61,154 nucleotides of DNA from a plasmid, in sequence record NZ_CP121836.1, one strand, 5' to 3'. Every line of letters starts with the position of its first letter. The stretch's first letter is position 1. Positions 57,825-61,154 of the stretch are shown here, piece after piece. Under the pieces are notes generated by a model. It was not told the origin of the DNA. It worked only from the letters and a program-made list of their open reading frames with translations, and did no database searches. The position numbers and the translations under genes are program-made.

Positions 57825-57849
57825 GTGCAGTCGTCTTCTGAAAATGACA
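57825..57849. repeat. IRt, the 25-bp inverted repeat of the Tn402-family tni end, with the In4-type 123-bp end next to IS6100. Outer end at 57849, facing the cassette array.
   Basis: The plus strand reads GTGCAGTCGTCTTCTGAAAATGACA, separated from IS6100 by 98 bp. Confidence 0.85.
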
Positions 57850-58083
57850 ATCGTGCCACCGGCTCCAGGTCTTATCGAACAGCTCAGACACATGGTCCAA
57901 ATGCTGGTCGATCCGTTCGGCCAGTTTTTCGATGGCCTCTTGCTTGAGCTTGTCACTTTCCCTGAACTCGATGTTCAAGGCCCTGGCCACCTGGTTGAGG
58001 TTCCGGCCGATAGCTCCAAGCTGCCGGCACGATTCCCGTACGGTGTTCACTTCTTCATCAGTGAGGACCGGCATCCGGTTCAA
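57850..58083 (-). pseudogene. Truncated mobC-like gene. The internal 78 codons are similar to MobC (39701..40231) but cut at both ends, with read-through into IRt.
   Basis: ...PVLTDEEVNTVRESCRQLGAIGRNLNQVARALNIEFRESDKLKQEAIEKLAERIDQHLDHV compared with the full MobC ...PVLTESEIQALRTSNRELAAIGRNLNQIAKVLNTEFRESDKLNRQAV. Confidence 0.6.
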
Positions 58084-58212
58084 CGACCGCAGTCATTTCT
58101 GTACCTAAACAGTCCTGCGAATATGTGAGTTTTGACCTAATGAGCCACAAAAACTCATTTTCGCCCACGATAATTTTTCTACTTCCTTTCTTTGGAATGC
58201 TCATTTCAATAT

Positions 58213-58296
58213 TCACATAACGTCGCTATCAATCGCGGAAAAGGCGTAGTGCGCGAAGCGAACGAAGCTTTTTGCCGTCGATTGCATAGCTTTGTT
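58213..58296 (-). other. attC of the dfrA cassette (about 84 bp): inverse core GTTAAC at the gene stop, core GTTATGT at the distal end.
   Basis: Imperfect palindrome GTTAACAAAGCTATGCAATCGACGGCAAAAAGCTTCGTTCGCTTCGCGCACTACGCCTTTTCCGCGATTGATAGCGACGTTATGT on the reverse strand. Confidence 0.55.
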
Positions 58297-58777
58297 AACC
58301 CTTTTTCCAAATTTGATAGCAATAGTTAATGTTTGAAGTAAAGTGTTGCTCAAAAACAACTTCGAAGGTATTTGGAATACTCGGGAAGAAAACATCCCCC
58401 TCTGGCTCGATGTCGATCGTCGATAAGTGGAGCGTAGAGGCCATGGGTAATGTTTCTCGGTAAATTTCTCCGCCACCAGACACTATAACGTGACCGGTGA
58501 ATTCAGCTAGCCTGTCCATGGCCTCTTCGATTGACTGAAATACAACTACATTGTCATCATTTGATGTCCAACCTGAGCGGGTAACGACCGCGTATTTCCT
58601 ATTGGGGAGTGCGCCCATAGATTCAAACGTCTTGCGACCCACCAGAAGCCACTGATTGTAGGTCAATGCTTTAAAAAGTAGCTGCTCCCCTTTCGCGGAC
58701 CAGGGTATGTCTGGACCGCAACCAATCACGCCGTTTTTCGCTTTCGCAGCCATCAATGATACTTTCAAGGTTCTCAT
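58295..58777 (-). CDS. dfrA: Trimethoprim-resistant dihydrofolate reductase, DfrA1-group (dfrA5/dfrA14-like).
   Basis: ...[64 protein letters not shown]...[15 protein letters not shown]...[12 protein letters not shown]. Confidence 0.9.
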   Translation of the reverse strand: MRTLKVSLMAAKAKNGVIGCGPDIPWSAKGEQLLFKALTYNQWLLVGRKTFESMGALPNRKYAVVTRSGWTSNDDNVVVFQSIEEAMDRLAEFTGHVIVSGGGEIYRETLPMASTLHLSTIDIEPEGDVFFPSIPNTFEVVFEQHFTSNINYCYQIWKKG

Positions 58778-58802
58778 CCTGGGTTAACGCTTGAGTTAGA
58801 CA

Positions 58803-59594
58803 TTATTTGCCGACTACCTTGGTGATCTCGCCTTTCACGTAGTGAACAAATTCTTCCAACTGATCTGCGCGCGAGGCCAAGCGATCTTCTTCTTGTCCAA
58901 GATAAGCCTGTCTAGCTTCAAGTATGACGGGCTGATACTGGGCCGGCAGGCGCTCCATTGCCCAGTCGGCAGCGACATCCTTCGGCGCGATTTTGCCGGT
59001 TACTGCGCTGTACCAAATGCGGGACAACGTAAGCACTACATTTCGCTCATCGCCAGCCCAGTCGGGCGGCGAGTTCCATAGCGTTAAGGTTTCATTTAGC
59101 GCCTCAAATAGATCCTGTTCAGGAACCGGATCAAAGAGTTCCTCCGCCGCTGGACCTACCAAGGCAACGCTATGTTCTCTTGCTTTTGTCAGCAAGATAG
59201 CCAGATCAATGTCGATCGTGGCTGGCTCGAAGATACCTGCAAGAATGTCATTGCGCTGCCATTCTCCAAATTGCAGTTCGCGCTTAGCTGGATAACGCCA
59301 CGGAATGATGTCGTCGTGCACAACAATGGTGACTTCTACAGCGCGGAGAATCTCGCTCTCTCCAGGGGAAGCCGAAGTTTCCAAAAGGTCGTTGATCAAA
59401 GCTCGCCGCGTTGTTTCATCAAGCCTTACGGTCACCGTAACCAGCAAATCAATATCACTGTGTGGCTTCAGGCCGCCATCCACTGCGGAGCCGTACAAAT
59501 GTACGGCCAGCAACGTCGGTTCGAGATGGCGCTCGATGACGCCAACTACCTCTGATAGTTGAGTCGATACTTCGGCGATCACCACTTCCCTCAT
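58803..59594 (-). CDS. aadA1: Aminoglycoside 3''-adenylyltransferase AadA1 (263 aa), fused cassette with blaOXA-10.
   Basis: MREVVIAEVSTQLSEVVGVIERHLEPTLLAVHLYGSAVDGGLKPHSDIDLLVTVTVRLDETTRRALINDLLETSASPGES...VKGEITKVVGK. Confidence 0.95.
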   Translation of the reverse strand: MREVVIAEVSTQLSEVVGVIERHLEPTLLAVHLYGSAVDGGLKPHSDIDLLVTVTVRLDETTRRALINDLLETSASPGESEILRAVEVTIVVHDDIIPWRYPAKRELQFGEWQRNDILAGIFEPATIDIDLAILLTKAREHSVALVGPAAEELFDPVPEQDLFEALNETLTLWNSPPDWAGDERNVVLTLSRIWYSAVTGKIAPKDVAADWAMERLPAQYQPVILEARQAYLGQEEDRLASRADQLEEFVHYVKGEITKVVGK

Positions 59595-59610
59595 GATGTT
59601 TAACTTTGTT

Positions 59611-60411
59611 TTAGCCACCAATGATGCCCTCACTTTCCATGATTTTGGTGGGAATGGATTTTCTTAGCGGCAACTTACTTTCGTTGTCTATATCCATGTT
59701 AAAGGCGAAAAAGTAAACCTCTGTCTCCTTCTCAACCCACCCAACCCACCATGCGACACCAGGATTTGACTCAGTTCCCACACCAGAAAAACCAGTTTTT
59801 GAATGCACTAGATATTCAGGTGCCGCCTCCGTTACCAAAGCCTCTTTTACTATTAGCTGGTTTTCTTTAGATGCTGACAATTTATTTAAATATAGAGACT
59901 CTAGAAACTCCACTTGATTAACTGCGGAAATTCTAAGCTGGCCTTCCAACCAGAATTTGTCAATGCCACCACTGATATTCTGGTTGCCATAGGAAAATTT
60001 TTTAAGGTATTTCTGCATTCTTACTTCGCCAACTTCTCTGGCGATTTGTTGAAATACGGGAACAGCTGAAACTTGTATTGCCCCTCTTAAGGTCAAGTCT
60101 CTTTCCCATTGCTTCATGGCTCTTGGCTTTCCGTCCCATTTGAAAACCTGATGCTCATTCTTTATGACACCAGTTTCTAGGCCGATAATTGCGTTGGGGA
60201 TCTTAAATGTTGATGCTGGAAGATATTCCTTTGATGCACGAGCTAAGTCATTGGTAGCGCAGGATTTACTGCTACTTTTACAAAGCACGAAGACACCATT
60301 GACGGCTTCGGCAGAGAACTCTTTGTTCCAAGACGTATTTTCTGTAATTGAACCAGCTAATGCCGTACTCGAAAGACACGCGATAATTACATATGCGGCA
60401 AATGTTTTCAT
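59611..60411 (-). CDS. blaOXA-10: Class D beta-lactamase OXA-10 family (266 aa).
   Basis: [95 protein letters not shown]...[12 protein letters not shown]. Confidence 0.95.
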   Translation of the reverse strand: MKTFAAYVIIACLSSTALAGSITENTSWNKEFSAEAVNGVFVLCKSSSKSCATNDLARASKEYLPASTFKIPNAIIGLETGVIKNEHQVFKWDGKPRAMKQWERDLTLRGAIQVSAVPVFQQIAREVGEVRMQKYLKKFSYGNQNISGGIDKFWLEGQLRISAVNQVEFLESLYLNKLSASKENQLIVKEALVTEAAPEYLVHSKTGFSGVGTESNPGVAWWVGWVEKETEVYFFAFNMDIDNESKLPLRKSIPTKIMESEGIIGG

Positions 60412-60424
60412 GGCACCTTCTTGG

Positions 60425-60597
60425 TGGCTAACGTTAATTCGACCTCAGAGGCGTTTAAGTCAAAATACCTCTGACGTCTAACATGATTAATCAAAGTCTG
60501 ATTTTTTAACAAAATCAGAAAGATAGACGCGAAACTTTAAAACAAAGGCGTCAACACTTCAAGTAGCGATCTTTCGCTTCGGCGAGGCCTAACGCCT
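60425..60597 (-). other. Short ORF-less gene cassette of about 170 bp between cmlA and blaOXA-10, with its own attC-like palindrome ending GTTAGCC at the blaOXA-10 cassette boundary.
   Basis: Reverse strand: the cmlA attC ends ...GGCTGAGCTCAGGCGTTAGGC. Then 170 bp follow, ending in the palindrome GTTAGACGTCAGAGGTATTTTGACTTAAACGCCTCTGAGGTCGAATTAACGTTAGCC, directly followed by ACCAAGAAGGTGCCATG (blaOXA-10). Confidence 0.45.
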
Positions 60598-60675
60598 GAG
60601 CTCAGCCGACCGAAACCGCGTAGCGGTTTTGGGTCGGCTGCAGCGATTTGTTGGGCGATAGCTTGCCACATTCTC
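60598..60675 (-). other. attC of the cmlA cassette.
   Basis: Imperfect inverted repeats CGCCCAACAAATCGCTGCAGCCGACCCAAAACCGCTACGCGGTTTCGGTCGGCTGAGCTCAGGCGTTAGGC downstream of the cmlA stop. Confidence 0.55.
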
Positions 60676-61154
60676 TCAACGATTGGGATTTGATGTACTT
60701 TCCGCACTTTGTAGCGCGACCACATCATGCTCCCCCTGGCCGCGAGAGCCCTTCACTCGGGAAACACAAGACAGACCGAGCACGACTGTTGCAAGGGTCA
60801 AACAGTACACGACAACCGGCCAAGCCGTGTTGCGCGGCAACAGCGAAATGATCAACGTTCCGATGCTTCCTAGCAGTACACCGCCCAAGCAGAAGTAGAC
60901 TGCCGTGACCGTTCCAGCAACATGGTCGAATCCTCGAAGAGCGCCATTGGGCGACACAGATACCGCTGTGGCGACACCAATACCCACTAGCCACATTGGA
61001 GCAATAAAGCCTAACACGGACTGCGAAGCCCATATTTCGGTGATGGCAAGCAATACTGCTCCAGCTATCAGGCATCCCATTCCCATTCGCAAGACACTTG
61101 GGCTGCCCCACTTGGGTATCACACGCCCCATAAAACGAGCCGTAAACACCATGG
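60676..61154 (-). CDS. cmlA: CmlA C-terminal 159 codons (continuation of the CDS that starts at about 781 and wraps through position 1).
   Basis: MVFTARFMGRVIPKWGSPSVLRMGMGCLIAGAVLL...SCVSRVKGSRGQGEHDVVALQSAESTSNPNR, which is the CmlA C-terminus. Confidence 0.95.
   Translation of the reverse strand, partial: MVFTARFMGRVIPKWGSPSVLRMGMGCLIAGAVLLAITEIWASQSVLGFIAPMWLVGIGVATAVSVSPNGALRGFDHVAGTVTAVYFCLGGVLLGSIGTLIISLLPRNTAWPVVVYCLTLATVVLGLSCVSRVKGSRGQGEHDVVALQSAESTSNPNR

Noticed and set aside
57850-58300. 3'-conserved segment (qacEdelta1-sul1) expected after the last cassette
   Set aside because: No sequence encoding QacEdelta1 or Sul1 is present. The dfrA attC is followed by unknown DNA, a mobC fragment and IRt.

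Overview
The window looks like a complete circular replicon of 61,154 bp. The cmlA reading frame runs off position 1 and continues in frame from position 61154, so the two ends are contiguous. It is a conjugative broad-host-range-type plasmid with an accessory region of about 28 kb inserted in its backbone. Manual coordinates may be off by 1 nt in places.

Backbone (about 18.5-50.4 kb): repA flanked by two iteron arrays; an IncP-like korA-incC(parA)-korB(parB)-kfrA central-control operon; a complete MPF-T type IV secretion system (TrbM-like, SleB-type hydrolase, topoisomerase III, virB2-virB11, eex lipoprotein, VirD4/TraG coupling protein); a TOPRIM primase; an extended ArdC; convergent mobC-mobA relaxase genes with oriT upstream of mobC; and, on the other side of oriT, a putative leading region (SprT-like metalloprotease, KfrA, a PRTase-fold protein, KlcA/ArdB and small unknown ORFs). 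The overall organisation is reminiscent of PromA/IncP-type plasmids; this is inference only.

Accessory region (about 50.99 kb through the wrap point to 18.4 kb):
- An IS1071-like Tn3-family IS.
- A floR module between a MobV-relaxase remnant and an ISL3 fragment.
- An IS6100 missing one terminal IR, with an In4-type 123-bp IRt end.
- A class 1 integron lacking the 3'-conserved segment, transcribed on the minus strand from intI1/PcW. The array is an IS30-family IS in the first cassette 5'-UTR, then qnrVC-like, aac(6')-Ib (not the -cr variant), cmlA, an ORF-less cassette, blaOXA-10-like fused to aadA1, and a dfrA1-group dfrA. Two attC sites are reduced to about 20-bp remnants.
- Tn402-type IRi, an IRt-like end and an IRi-like repeat clustered around a resolvase gene and a 5'-truncated relE/parE toxin gene.
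- A type IC (EcoR124-like) hsdR-rhuM(frameshifted)-hsdS-hsdM locus whose hsdS carries a TAEL repeat array, plus an ATPase and an AlpA-like gene next to direct repeats.
- A Tn3-family (Tn21-subgroup) tnpA remnant with its 38-bp IR.
- An AT-rich pair of DNA-binding genes and an IS630-family element.

Four families of repeated palindromic operator-like sites and a duplicated 5' leader suggest an undescribed global regulatory network. The leading-region block containing the PRTase-fold protein and unknown small ORFs is the best candidate for an uncharacterised anti-defence or establishment system.
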